From: Syncephalis fuscata S228
Lineage: Eukaryota > Fungi > Zoopagomycota
DNA length: 64,000 nt
Assembly (NCBI GenBank): GCA_025786725.1
Contig: JAHLTZ010000038.1
Location: 1-64,000, forward strand
Reading direction: 5' to 3'
Part shown: piece after piece, positions 51,525 to 64,000 of the stretch
Layout of the letters: the number at the start of each line of letters is the position of its first letter
How positions within the stretch are numbered: position 1 is the stretch's first letter
Notes under the pieces: generated by a model
What the model saw: only the letters and a program-made list of their open reading frames with translations
Told to the model about the DNA's origin: nothing
Databases searched by the model: none
Made by a program: the position numbers and the translations under genes

Positions 51525-52351
51525 TTTACAGTAATGAATGGAAAAAAGAAATAACACGCATAGACAACGCGTTTAAAAGAAAACAAGAACAATAGCTGTA
51601 GTAGCAGCAGAAGCAACAATGGTCGTAGTCGTGGCTGCAAGAATAGGAAAGAAAGACGAAGAAGCAGCGGCGGTAGTACTGCAAGATACTATTTAGAAGC
51701 TTTACAGACAGAAAAGATTATGTGCAACCATGCGGTGTTTATATACGGCGCCTCTGTCTTCTCCTTCATCACACTAACTACTGCTGAATATGACGATGCC
51801 AGTCGCGATGTCGTCAGTGCCTCGTCTTTTGTCCTTACATTTCTCTCCACCCGTGTTCATATTAGGTGGTCATCGTGGGAAGAATTCGGTCAAAGGATAA
51901 TAGGTGAGTTTTTCGCCTTATTCTTTCCTAATATGTCCACTAAAAATGTGGGCCTGTTTTGCTGACGTGCAATTGGATTGGTGCTGAAGTCTTGTATATA
52001 TATATTTATACGGGTCATGATTTTTGGTTTAGTAATCCATTTACCGTTGTAAACCATTTAATGGTTCATATAGACTATTTATTTAACAGTTGTTATTTAA
52101 ATAAAAAAGTGCGTGATTTAATTAATTACTAGATTACTATAAACTGCACAAACAATACACTAGCATTTTAGTCATTATAAATTGAGCAATTCAATTACTA
52201 TTTTGCTGTTATTTTGTACACATCGGAGTCCCGAATAAACTTGTTTTAATTGCATTCGACATGCGCTATTCAGTATAAATCAATATCATTGGGCCAAACA
52301 AGCTGCCATTAAAGCATTATATAGCTGGTCTTAATAGTAAAAAACTAACTC

Positions 52352-52358
52352 TGAGTCA
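52352..52358. promoter_or_regulatory. TGAGTCA (Gcn4/CpcA/AP-1 consensus) in the divergent AASS-transferase intergenic region
   Basis: Perfect consensus ~40 bp upstream of a TATATAAA and ~96 bp upstream of the transferase ATG. A single 7-mer can occur by chance. Confidence 0.35.
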
Positions 52359-52453
52359 CATCTGGATTTCAATAGATTATCAATTTTTATTTTTTATATA
52401 AAGACAGGCCACTAACGAAGCAGTGTACTATAACTTATCGCACAATCAACAAA

Positions 52454-53772
52454 ATGAGCCGCCATCTACCTGTACAGCTGATTAAACCCGATACATCTTT
52501 GCCGGAACAAGCCATTAGGCTAAACGATGTTGATTTATTCCAGCCATCCGTCCATATTAAGCCAACGTTTCTTTACCGTAATCATGACCATTCTGCTACG
52601 TTTATGAAACAGATGACCTGATTAAAGGATTACGGCTAACGTTAAATCAGTTTTCCATTTACTATGGACGATTAGGCAAAACCGAGGATAATCGTATAGA
52701 AATTCGGCCATCTGATGAAGGAATACGTCTGTACGAAACACACATTACGACCGACTTTGATAAATTGGGGCCGCATTGGCGCTACGCTGATATACCATTG
52801 GACTTTGACACTGAACCATTGGCAGCTGAACGTGGGGATCCGCTTTGTGTGGTAAAGATCACACGATTTGCTAATAATAGCGGTGTGGCAATTGCCACTC
52901 TACAGCATCATTTGATAGTCGATATTGCTAGCGCTAATCAATTTGTTCGCGTTTGGGCGGACTATGTGCGTGGCGACTCACCGCCCACATTTGAATCGAA
53001 CCGTTCCTTGCTAAAGAGTCGCCTGACTAATACAGGCGCCCTATCTTTTCCTACCGGTCTTAGCATTACGTCATTACTAAAACCTCAAAAAACGGCTATT
53101 CTTTATGCTACTGCAGATAATCTAGCCAAATTAAAAGCTGATGTGCAAGCCGATATACCCACCGATCAAAAAGACTCGGTGCCATGGATATCTACACTTG
53201 ATGCATTAAATGCTCTTTTGATAAGAGCACAGCTGCGTGTGGAAAGTAGCAGCGACATTCGAGTCCTTACTATTCCACTGAATTTAAGATCTCGTCTACC
53301 AGATAAAATACCACTTAATTATTTCGGTAATGCTACACTGCCTATTATGATGAAGATTACGGTTAAAGATATTCTTTCACAGTCTATTGGTTATTTAGCA
53401 GCCATGATTCGACGTGAAATCAACAAAATCGATGAAAATTATATTGATGAGCTACTTGTTAAGGCGGCCAACTTGCATACTGAATGGCCAACGCTAGATT
53501 TTATACTTAAAAGGTTCTGTGAACTAGATCTCTGCCTGACCGATTGGTCCAAATCTGATTTGTATTCTGCAGACTTTGGACATGGAAAACCAATTCGTTT
53601 TCGTTGTGCTGGCGCTATATATGGACCGCCTGTTTGCAATATAGGTGTTCCACCTAGCGATACAAGCTCGACAATCGATGGAACCGAGTTGTATGCCAGT
53701 GTACCAGCCGATTCTTTTGAATTGTTTGCACAAGATGAAGAACTATGCAAATATTTAACATTACATGGCTGA
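52454..53772 (+). CDS. BAHD/Tri101-type CoA-dependent acyltransferase, intronless, apparent 1-bp deletion at ~52608
   Basis: HxxxD motif (QHHLIVD), NYFGNA and DFGHG (DFGWG-like). The N-terminus MSRHLPVQLIKP..LNDVD..FLY joins DDLIKGLRLTLNQFSIYYGRL if one A is added at 52607-52609. Confidence 0.9.
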
Positions 53773-54209
53773 TATAATCAATTATCTAATTAATTTAATT
53801 AGCCAATCCATAAATTAAATAAAAGCTATTATAGACGTTTAATGTAAGTAAAGGATTAATTAATCCTAAAATGCTTATAGCGTAATTATTTTCATCTTTA
53901 ATTATGTTATATATTCACGTTAATATACTTTTTAACAAAGCTTGCACTAGAAACATACTTAAATTATACAAATAATACAACATTTTCTTTATCATTAATA
54001 CAAAAAAGTGCTACATAATATAATGCTGGATTATTAATACGGTCTATATAGATACTAATAATATATATATATTTTCCAATTCTATTACACCACTAAATAA
54101 ACACTATTAGTATAACCAAAACTATTAGATAAATACAATAATTTGTATTGTAAAAACAAGAATGATAATCAAATAGGTTGCATATTCAAAAAAAGCTTAT
54201 TCTATTCTT

Positions 54210-57200
54210 CTAGTTATTGCCACTCGTGCGACCTACTAGCGTCACTTGAGCAGTGAGTGTAGGTAACGCTTCTCTTGCGTCGGCCGCTTCTCCAGCTGCA
54301 AGAGGAGGTGGCGAGGGAAGAAAGCCTACTTTAACTAAGAATGCAAAATAAAGACCCAATAGTGCTTCCATGTTAGGACAAGTAATGTCGGTATCCTCTA
54401 GAATACGCTTCGTATTTCTAGTATCTAGTTCGGGTGCCTTGGTCGATGTAGGTAAATCGTCAAGTACAAAATGCAGTAATGGATAGAGCGCATTATCTGC
54501 TGCACTTAGCGTAAAGTCCATCAACTGTTTACGCCATACGACATACTCGACGGCATCTACTTTATAGCCAAATCGGGGCAATGCCTGGAACAAATCACTA
54601 AACCGGAATCTATTGTAAACACCAATTAATAAATAATCCTATATATATAATACTATTTACCGTTGGGTGTTGAATATGTGGTAAACACCTCTATCGATAC
54701 CTTGTGATTTACACGCCACTTCAACTGTAATATTGGCCACATAGTCAACTGAGCACATGTTAACCACATTAGACATAATAGGCACTTGGCCCAGTTGCAA
54801 ACAGCCTTTAACCAAGCGCCAAATGAAATCATCGGCATTGGTTACGCCTGTATGTGATTCACCCAAAATATAGCCTGGACGAATAATAGTGGCGGGCAAT
54901 CCACGTCGACGTGCTTCCATAATTAACTTTTCTGCTACCCATTTAGATTGACCTATATAGCCACAAACAGTTATTATTCAGCCCAACAATAATAATAACA
55001 ATATTAAATACTTACCGTAACCGCTATGTAGACCTGTACGACTACCTTCTAGTGTATCTTCTTCTAGTACACCACCATCTTCATTGCCTATGCGTAGTTC
55101 ACCTTCGTGTACATAATGAGCTGTATCGAGTACTGATGTAGATGACACAAAGTGGAATGGTTTAATTCGGTGTTCCGAGGCTAGCTTCAACGCTTCTAGT
55201 GTACCCAATACATTTGGAGTACGTAATTTCTGATATGGGTACACCCAATGTACCTATTATTTACAATATAAGTTTACAACATTAATAATCGTAATATTAC
55301 TTACCAAAGCACCGTTATGAATAATAACATCAACTGATTCAGTTAATTGACGCCATTCTGCATCGGCTACACCAAGATGTGGTTGGGCCAGATCACCAGG
55401 AACAGCAATAATGCGGCATCACTGGCCCATTGTTCTTGCCATACTAGGTGGGCTTCACAGTTCTTGCGTATACGTTCCATGGCTGATACGGCATCACTAC
55501 CACGCACTAAACAGTAAACACGACTTGTCGGCATCCTATTAAGTAAACGAGCAAGCAAGAAAGCACCCAAAAAGCCCGTCACACCCGTGAGGAAGAAAGT
55601 AGGCTGCTTCTCTCCCTCCACGTTATCTAATGGGAACTGCTCGAGTGGTGGATATGTATCGGCCAATTCATCAACAAGTATTTGTAGGTCAGCTGCATAA
55701 TCCACGGTGACACCATCAATGGCTGTGGGTGCAGTAGATGGCTGTTCTTCGGTAATCGTTGCACTTGTACCAGCAATATCCGTAGAGGCAAAACCAAAAT
55801 CACCATCTCTAATACGATCAATCTCCTTACTCATACCACGAATTGTTGGTTCTCTAAAAACAAGACCCAATGGAATGTCTACACAACATTCTTTACGTAC
55901 TTCAAATATCATTCGAGTGGCTAAAATCGAGTGACCACCCAAATCAAAGAAGTTATCTGTAACTGATACCATAGGCTGATTCAAACAACGGGCCCAAATA
56001 TCGTGCACTGCTTGTTCAGTGGGTGATAAACGCTGCTTTCTATGTTTACCACCACGACGTCCAGTCAATCGAGCAGTATCTGGGAAGGGAAGCGCTGGTT
56101 TATCCACCTTGCCATTAGGTGTAAGTGGCATTTTAGCCATTGGCACAAATACTAGTAAATCATTAATACTGTTGTTATTACTATTGATACTGTTACTTAC
56201 AGCTGGGTACACTGTAACTTGGTAGTTTTGTCTTCAGATAATCACGAATATTACGAATTAATCGATGATAATTGCGCTCATTACCCGGTAAAGATGCTTC
56301 ATCCATACTACTCATACCACTTTCGGTAGCATCACCTTGTTCAGAAGGATCATCTTCAGGGAGTAATGGCACAAAATAGGCCACCAACGTTTGTTCTTCG
56401 TTCTTGTCACGACGAACGAGTGTTACATTTTCACGTACACGTGGATGTTGCGATAAATGTGTATCAATTTCTCCCAATTCAATACGAAACCACGAATCTT
56501 TACTTGATCATCAGCCCGACCCGTACATTCGACTAATAACAACCAGTCAAGTAACTATAAGTGCCAATTACTAATAAAACAGTTTATACTTACCATTACC
56601 GTCAGGTCGATAACGACCCAAATCACCTGTACGGTACATACGATCACGTAATCCTTTGTAGAACTCATTCGGTGCTGGCGCTGCATCTGCACTATTCGAC
56701 ACAGTGTGATCAACAAGCCAGTTGGTCAAAAACTTTTCTTGTGTCACTTCTTCTAGTCGCAAGTAGCCTTCAGACAAGCCGCTGCTTCTTACGTAAATCT
56801 CGCCCACTTCACCGACCGCACAGGTTTGACGACTCGTTCGATTAACAACCAGTAGCTGGACGTCATTCATACCACGACCCGCTGGAATAACTTCTTTACA
56901 CGCGGTAAGAAAGAGTGAATCATTAGAAAGAGCCGGAATAGTGAAGTACGAAACAGCACGCTGTGTCTCTGTCGTGCCATACATATTAACAATACGGCAA
57001 TTCTGTGCTAAATGCTGTAAACGATGACAATCACGCTTGGTAAGGATATCGCCTACAAAAAAGGCTGCCTTCAATGATGGAATAGCCGTGGTAGCATTGG
57101 CTGATAGCAATTGACCCATAGCCGGTGTCAAATGGGTTACAGTCACTGATTGATCAGCCATCCATTGGGAGAGTCGACCCGGTGTGCCAATATCATCTGC

Positions 57201-58979
57201 AGTGGGCACATGTAATTCAGCACCAAAGAATAAAGGTGTAAAAATATCACGTTGAATTGGATCATGAGCAATGCCCGATAACATTGTAAATCGATCCAAT
57301 TCACTTAGACCGAATTCAGTAGACATCCATGGATAAAAGTGGGTCAATGAAAAGTGACGACCACGTACACCTATTAATTAAATAGTAATTAATAATTAGT
57401 AATTAATTAACTAAAAACTATTAACAACTTACCTTTAGGAATACCTGTACTGCCACTAGTAAATGATAGCGTACCAATAGAGTCGATGCCTACAGGTCGC
57501 ATAGCTGAATTATCGTCGCCAGTAGTGCCTTCTAGGCAATCTGCGGTATTGTCATCTAGTTGGCCACCTAGTAGTACACCATCATCTAGTAATTGAAGGG
57601 CCGGTACTTCACAATGTAGTGATAACTCTTTGTTAATATAGGCTTGTACTTCAGGATCGATCTTTCCTGCCCGTTGCAGCATAATTACTGCTCGTGGCTG
57701 TGCAACCGATAAATAGATGTTTTGACGTGCCGGTGGATAGGCTGGGTCTATAATTTATATAATTAATTAATTGATTGATTGATTGATTAATTAGCTCATG
57801 AATTACCGATAACACTGAAGGTGGCACCGGCCATTAATACACCCATAATGGCTACTACTAGATCTACACCACGATAAGCATAGATCACCACGACATCTTC
57901 ACGTTCTACACCACTGCGGATTAAATGCTCGCAAACTTGTAATGCAGCTCGGCGTATTTGTGTATATGTAAATACTCGCATATCAGATGATTGGTCTTCG
58001 TGGCTCTTTTCGACACCGAAAGCAACAGCACTGTCATCCTCTTTATGCTCTATCACACACGGTCTATTTGGATGGGCACATGCATTATCAATGAACTTTT
58101 GCGTAATAGAGCCGGGCCAGGTACGCCAATGTAGATCGGTTGTTGGATTGGGCACTGCCTCATTGCAAAGATCGGTGACCAAATTGATATAGCCAATACG
58201 TTCACCTGAACCGTGTTCAACGACCTGAATAAGTTGAGCAATTAAATGCTCAATACGCTTCTTTGAAAATAGTACTTGATTATAGGCCAGTTGCACCTCC
58301 ACTTGTGGCCATAGCTGATGTGTACTCGATGGACGTGTATGTATAATAATCGTTAGATCAGTCATTGTTGTTTGAGCCAGTGTGTCTGGATTGGTGTCCG
58401 TACGGTCAAAGAACCGTACTTTGAATGGTGGTGTTGGTGAAGTGGCACCTGTTTTCTTATGATCGCGTTTCCAAAGACCATCAAGTAATAGAGGAAATGG
58501 TATTTCATCTCCTGCTGCCTCTTCTTCTACCTGTAGTATGTGTATTGTATTAGTATTTACTTAATAATAACAATAGTTAATAAATATACCTTTTGCACTT
58601 TACGAATAACATCTTCTAGTGTGTCTTCATCAGTTAAACCAACACGAAGCACTAGAGGATTAGCAGCAGCTGATGAACTGCCAATAACAATATCTTCATC
58701 GCCAGTATAGCGGTGTAGCAGTACAACAAATGCCGCTAACAGCACCGTAAATGGCGAAGGCGGCATAGCTTCTTCGGTGGCTGCTGTTGCATTCAGTGAC
58801 AGTCGAAGGAGTGCTAGACCGGTTTCTTTGCGTAATGGTACCGATTGCACTGCTTCTACAACTTTAAACGGTGTGGGTCGTGGATAGTCGGTGGGTAGCT
58901 GTAGTTCAGATAGCCCGGATAGACGAGTGAGCCAGCGCTGAAGTAGCTCGCCATTATCCAATACGTTACTAGGCGACAT
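54210..58979 (-). CDS. LYS2: L-2-aminoadipate reductase (NRPS-like A-T-R), multi-exon; apparent 1-bp deletion at ~55417
   Basis: LPTDYPRP; [14 protein letters not shown]; [17 protein letters not shown]; [12 protein letters not shown]; [10 protein letters not shown]; FFDLGGHSI (PCP Ser); [10 protein letters not shown]; GYGQSKW; [13 protein letters not shown]; LHFVLDDLP. Confidence 0.97.
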
Positions 58980-59407
58980 AGTGGCGCAAACTATATATTC
59001 GGTCAATTGGCGGACAAACTATCTATCTATAAGGTGCAAGCAAATAGAGAATGCAACAGAAATACAGTGGTATGCGTCCACGTCAATAGCAATAAGTAAG
59101 GTAGATAGATAGAAAACCGATAGTTTTACCGTGTAAATAGAACGCCGTATTTATGGGCAAAAACGAGTAGCAAAATAAACCAGTACCGACACTAATAAAA
59201 CTATCACAAAAAAGATCTCGTCTTATTATTGATCAATCAATTCCCAAACATAGTCAATTGCAGTATCAGTTGATAGTAGATCGAGATGATCTATTGCGTA
59301 AAGTTAACTGGATCAATATGAATTGAATCAGTGCAGATTATAGATGATACGGCACAGATCGGCTTGCTTTCTTTTCTTTTTATTATTGTTGATAATTTTA
59401 CATAACA

Positions 59408-60543
59408 ATGTTGTTGACTATTCAGCCATACCGTGTTGTTTCACGTGTTGCCACCAGCACATTGACGGTGAGAAGAGCATTGGCCACTGCTGCGGCAACA
59501 ACAGCAGCAGCCAGTAAGCCTAGTCTTGCCTCTATGGTAAAGCGTTTACGACAAGATACACAGGCACCGATGACACGGGCCCGTGCAGCAGCAGAGAAAT
59601 TCCCAAACGATTATGATTCGGCACTTAACTGGCTACAAGAGGAGCTTGGACGTGTGGGCCGCGAGAAGGCTTCCAAGCTAGCTGAACGAGTAACCAGTGA
59701 AGGTTTAGTGGCAGTACTTGCCGGTCCAGGTGCCCGCGGTGTTTTAGTTGAAGTAAATAATCCAAATTACAAACCAAAAATAATATCAATGCTAATTATC
59801 ATAATATTTGTAATTTATAATTTATAATTTATTTAGATGGCTTGTGAAACTGATTTTGTAGCCAAAAATTCCGTATTCCGTAAACTTGCTGATCAAGCAG
59901 CGATTACAGCTATGTTGGCTGGTGATTTTCCATCTAATGCAACACCATGCTCGGTAAATAAATTGGCCAAAAGTATTCCAGAATCAGCACTGTTGGGGCA
60001 CCATTACTAGAACTACCAGAAAATGCACCCTCTATCGATCCAACGATGGCTCCAAAAACCGTTAATGAAGGTATTCTAGATGCCATATCAAAATTGGGTG
60101 AAAAGATAGCATTACGTCGTGCAGTTATTATGGATGGTGAAGCCGTAGACTCACCACAAATAATGCGTCGTGTTGTTGGATATGCCCATGGTGGCAGTGA
60201 TGCGGCTGCTGGTCGTATAGCATCGCTTGTATTGGTGGAAGCTGAAGCAACTGAAGCTAACACATCAGTCATTACTGCACCTGGGTTCGGTACGGCATTG
60301 ACGCTTCTAGGTCGTGATCTAGCTCGTCAAGTAGTAGGATTTGCACCAACGATGATTGATGTACCAGCAAATGAGACGAGTGAAGAGGCAGCCGGTACCG
60401 CTCTACTCCGACAGCCATCGCTGCGTGGTAATGGCACTGTAGCTGAAATGCTAACTCACTTTGCTCGTGAACAAAACGTCGAAGCCATTCGTGTAGTCGA
60501 TTTTGTTCGTTATGAAGCAGGAAGTGAAATCAAAAATGAATAA
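59408..60543 (+). CDS. TSF1: Mitochondrial elongation factor Ts, 2 exons, apparent 1-bp deletion at ~59996
   Basis: Presequence; VKRLRQDTQAPMTRAR; KASKLAERVTSEGLV; VE-MACETDFVAKN; ISKLGEKIALRRA; LARQVVGFAP; VVDFVRYEAG. Confidence 0.93.
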
Positions 60544-60913
60544 AATTATTAATTAGACACAGTACACTTAACATATTAGTAACTCTATAGTGTTACTATT
60601 ATTCAAATAGAATGATTAGATAGTTCGAGAAAGTGTTCCATTCTTTATGCAATAAAATATGGATTTCCATGTTCAATTGGCTGTATAGTCATAGGTAGTT
60701 GACTATAATAAAAAGCAAATGCAGTAATTGACATTAAAAGAAATCCATGGAATGGTTATTGGAATAGAAAAACAAGAATCAGATACACAATAAGAAACGT
60801 GTCCATCATTTACGACAGATACACATTATGCGCTATACGCTATACGTTTAGACTAATAAAACTGTGCCCAGTAGTCATTTGGCTAATTTGACTGCCGCAG
60901 CATTACTACAAAT

Positions 60914-61698
60914 CTAACACTCTTCATCGTGGGACTGTTGCATACTGGGCATCACCTTGCGATAGTCTAATGGAGAGGCAAGGGGGGCCAGTTCACTGCC
61001 TCGACTAATAGTACTATACAATCAAACAATAGCAAAATAGCAAAATATGGTTGGTCAATAACATACTATAAGCCACACTAGCAACTTACTTGGCCCGCAT
61101 CACTTCAATGAGCAATTGACCAGCCGACAAAGAAACCATCTATTATATCATATCATATCATATCATATCACATAACAATAGCGAATTAATAGACCATACA
61201 ATTACCATCTATTAAATCCACTTACCACAGAAATAAAAACACCAGGCAAAAAGCTCATGACCGCCAACATAATAAGATAGCGCAGAATAGTGGTCATTGA
61301 ATAAAAGCCAGTTCTAAAGAATATCTGACGTCGATGTACTGGATAGCTAAAACGACGGAGTTAATAGATTGCTTAATTGGGACTACGTGCTCTTATGGTG
61401 CAGTCCATTAACTACCATAAACCACTTACCGATAAGGATATCGCTCCAACATATAACTGGCCGCACGTTCGGATAGACACAAAAGAATCAACACAAAATA
61501 AGTTAAAAATTGCTGAATTGTCGATTCCATGGGCAGTGTCATGATTAATAGCTTCAATTCAGACATGGGTGCTACATTAAAAGTCATAACACATACAATT
61601 TATGAACAAGACCAATCTAAGCAACACTACCATAACTACTTACCTTGATGAGCGTCTGCATCACCGCCCATATCTCTACGAATATAGTTCATATTCAT
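60914..61698 (-). CDS. Ctr-family copper transporter, 5 short exons (missed by the ORF track)
   Basis: Spliced translation MNMNYIRRDMGGDADAHQ..FLTYFVLILLCLSERAA..FFRTGFYSMTTILRYLIMLAVMSFLPGVFISVMVSLSAGQLLIE..HDEEC*: three TM segments, with MxxxM (MLAVM) in TM2. Confidence 0.75.
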
Positions 61699-62312
61699 GG
61701 TGAACAGCAAAAACAAGGGTGTGTGTGTGTTGTTTATAACACTGGTATACTAATAGCTGATTATGCAAAGGTAGGCACTACTTAAGGTGCGAGAAGAAGA
61801 ATAAAGATGTTGACTCAAGCTAGAAAGGAATCTTACGAAGGATAGTCGACGACAAAGAGTAAGGCACGAATGAAACAGCACTACGCACAATAGACTCTGG
61901 GTCAAGTATGAAACAGTACGGCAATGGTGGCAAGTCTTGCGTGGGTATATGCAGACAGGTGTACTATTTATGGACAACGGCACACTGTCTGTTATTCAAA
62001 AACGAACAATCTACAATAAAGGCAGGGTGATTACTTGGGGTGCCTTTCTAGATATAACAAAAGTTATGACGATGTACTACTGTAAACAACAACGACTATG
62101 AACTGAAATAGACAAAGGTAGCAAGCACGAGAATGAGTAGGAGGATAAGTGGAAGAGGAAGAGAAGAGGGAAAGGGCAATGGTTGAAACACGTGTGCAAG
62201 GCCAAATACCAAAAGCATTAATACTAATGACAATAATATGTTAGTGGAAATCTATTGGAGGCTTATTATCTGTATGTGCCATCATCACTATGAGCAATTA
62301 AAGATGTTAGGA

Positions 62313-62333
62313 TGTGTGTGTGTGTGTGTGTGT
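62313..62333 (+). repeat. (TG)n microsatellite
   Basis: atgtgtgtgtgtgtgtgtgtgta. Confidence 0.9.
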
Positions 62334-62739
62334 ATACTATCATTAAACGACGTGCTTAAAAGACACCGTCTCAAGAATAACCAGTATTAAAGGAAAAAGC
62401 CAATATTTTATACATCAATCAATAGCGTCTTTGTATTAATTAGTAACAATACAATAAATAGAATATGAATTAATAAATTACAATATAACTGAAAAGTATG
62501 AAATAATGTTTATTTGCAGTATTATTCTTATGGTCATAGGTGTTGTTTTAATGGTAAATGAATTCATTGACTTTTTACTCATTTCGTTAATAGTGGGAAA
62601 CACATAAAATATTTATCATTTGGTGTATTTCTGTAGTAGTAGTAGTAGTTTACATGAAGATTAAAAATAATAAAAGATGATTTGGATTGATTGAATCGTT
62701 CAGTATTGTTAATAGATGAAAGAAGAATAGTTGTTGTCG

Positions 62740-64000
62740 TTAAACAGTACTAATTAAAAAGTTAAATTCGCTATCGGGTGAAGCTACAGGTCGGTCGACC
62801 TTTGAAGAAGCCATATTAGAACCTAATGATGGATGGATGACTTATTAATACATCCATTCACACACACACACACATCTATTTATATAGATTATTCTATTTA
62901 CCTGTAGCGGTGATGACTTGGGGATTGCCCAAGGTTTGGTTGAGGTGCTCGATCCATTGACGCCAGAAATTGGGGTCTCCGCTTGGAAGTAGAAAGAGCG
63001 ATCCACTTTATCCATTATAACAAATGCATTCGCTATTTGATCGGAGGGCACCTCAAGTACACTCGCTGCTTCAAGATCAATATGGCCCTTGTAATACAGT
63101 TGGCCACCATCCTTTTCCTTAGCGAATACCAATAAATCGTTAAATAGGAAACAGACCCGCTGTTTTGTCTTGTCGGTCAACATCATCATTTGTGACAAGT
63201 TGCCTTGATAGATTAGTTGGCGGGTGGGTGTGGCCAGTGGCATGGTTAAACCCTTGAGCGATGCCTGCACCTGTCTAACCTCTTCACCTTGTCGAACAGT
63301 GCGGGCCCTGTAAATAGAAGCGAGTGGATGATGGGTTAGTGTGGTAAACTTAATAGCCGTCACATAACTTACAGTTTAGCCGATTCCGATTTGATTTGAC
63401 GGATTTGCTTTACACATTTCATAAAACCGTGATATTCTGGATCTTCATACGAATACAGTTCCAGTATCTTTTGTAGAAATGTGTGGTAGTGGGTAATATG
63501 TTCAAGTGGATTGCTTAACAAGGCACGAATGTTAATATGCTCTACTTGTTCGGCACACTCCTATTAAATACACATCCATTAATACCATTATGACATACTA
63601 TAACAATTAGCTTACTTCTAATGTACGGCGGAATAGTTGGTTGCTTGAATAGAGTTCGTCAAAGGTGGCCATCATATCTGGATACTGCTTCATATAATGA
63701 AGATAGAATCTAAATCCTGGCATCTATTTTAAATAATGAGCTACTGCCATCTATAATAGATTATGGATGTAACTACTTACATGGTTGTTAAAGGCGTTAT
63801 AAGCATTTTCTAACGTGCCAGTCTGTGCGTGTTCTTTAATACTAAATAGTATTAATATTAGTAAAACAGTCTTGTTATTTCTATACTACATACGCTCGTT
63901 CCAAGTCACGCAGAAACATTTTGTGGAATTGAATGGTTTTAATGGCACATGCAAAAATGCAATCCAATTTCTCTTCAGTGAACACCTCGGTCGATGTCTG
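62740..64000 (-). CDS. Rho guanine nucleotide exchange factor (DH-PH), 3' part only; 5' end lies outside the window
   Basis: DH helix INIRALLSNPLEHITHYHTFLQKIL; PH RQLIYQGNL..QRVCFLFNDLLVFAK..YYKGHIDL..RSFYFQAET..WIEHL; introns; 1-bp deletion at ~62973. Confidence 0.88.

Noticed and set aside
55400-55430. Programmed frameshifting or true LYS2 pseudogene
   Set aside because: There is no slippery site, the rest of the gene is intact, and the same 1-bp deletion pattern affects many unrelated genes; assembly error is more likely.
54210-58979. Secondary-metabolite NRPS
   Set aside because: The motifs ([34 protein letters not shown]) are those of the Lys2 aminoadipate reductase, not a generic NRPS.
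1-64000. tRNA/rRNA genes
   Set aside because: No cloverleaf with recognisable A/B boxes or rRNA-like sequence was seen by eye; a tRNAscan-SE/Infernal run would be needed to exclude them.

Overview
AT-rich, intron-rich eukaryotic DNA with short GT-AG introns, most consistent with an early-diverging fungus. A Zoopagomycota/Syncephalis-like mycoparasite is an inference from gene content and style, not proven. Positions 1-15.2 kb are a gene-poor zone of decayed dispersed repeats, long inverted repeats and hairpins, probable ankyrin-repeat relics and a damaged GST gene. Positions 15.2-34 kb hold five copies, in two types, of a secreted compact histidine-brace (LPMO-like) + Pro/Ala linker + CBM19-like protein: a 4-gene tandem array plus an inverted solo copy that is a circular permutation of one array unit. 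Between them lie a PLD/Zucchini-like nuclease, WBP11, an M36 fungalysin and a secreted alpha/beta hydrolase. Positions 34-64 kb are mostly housekeeping genes: DBP9, an orphan gene, LAMTOR1-like, a UPF0658 membrane protein, RanBP9/10-like, an AASS-BAHD acyltransferase-LYS2 trio, mitochondrial EF-Ts, a Ctr copper transporter and the 3' part of a RhoGEF. Many conserved genes carry 1-bp deletions, mostly in homopolymers, which suggests assembly errors. All family calls come from motif recognition by eye; no searches were run.
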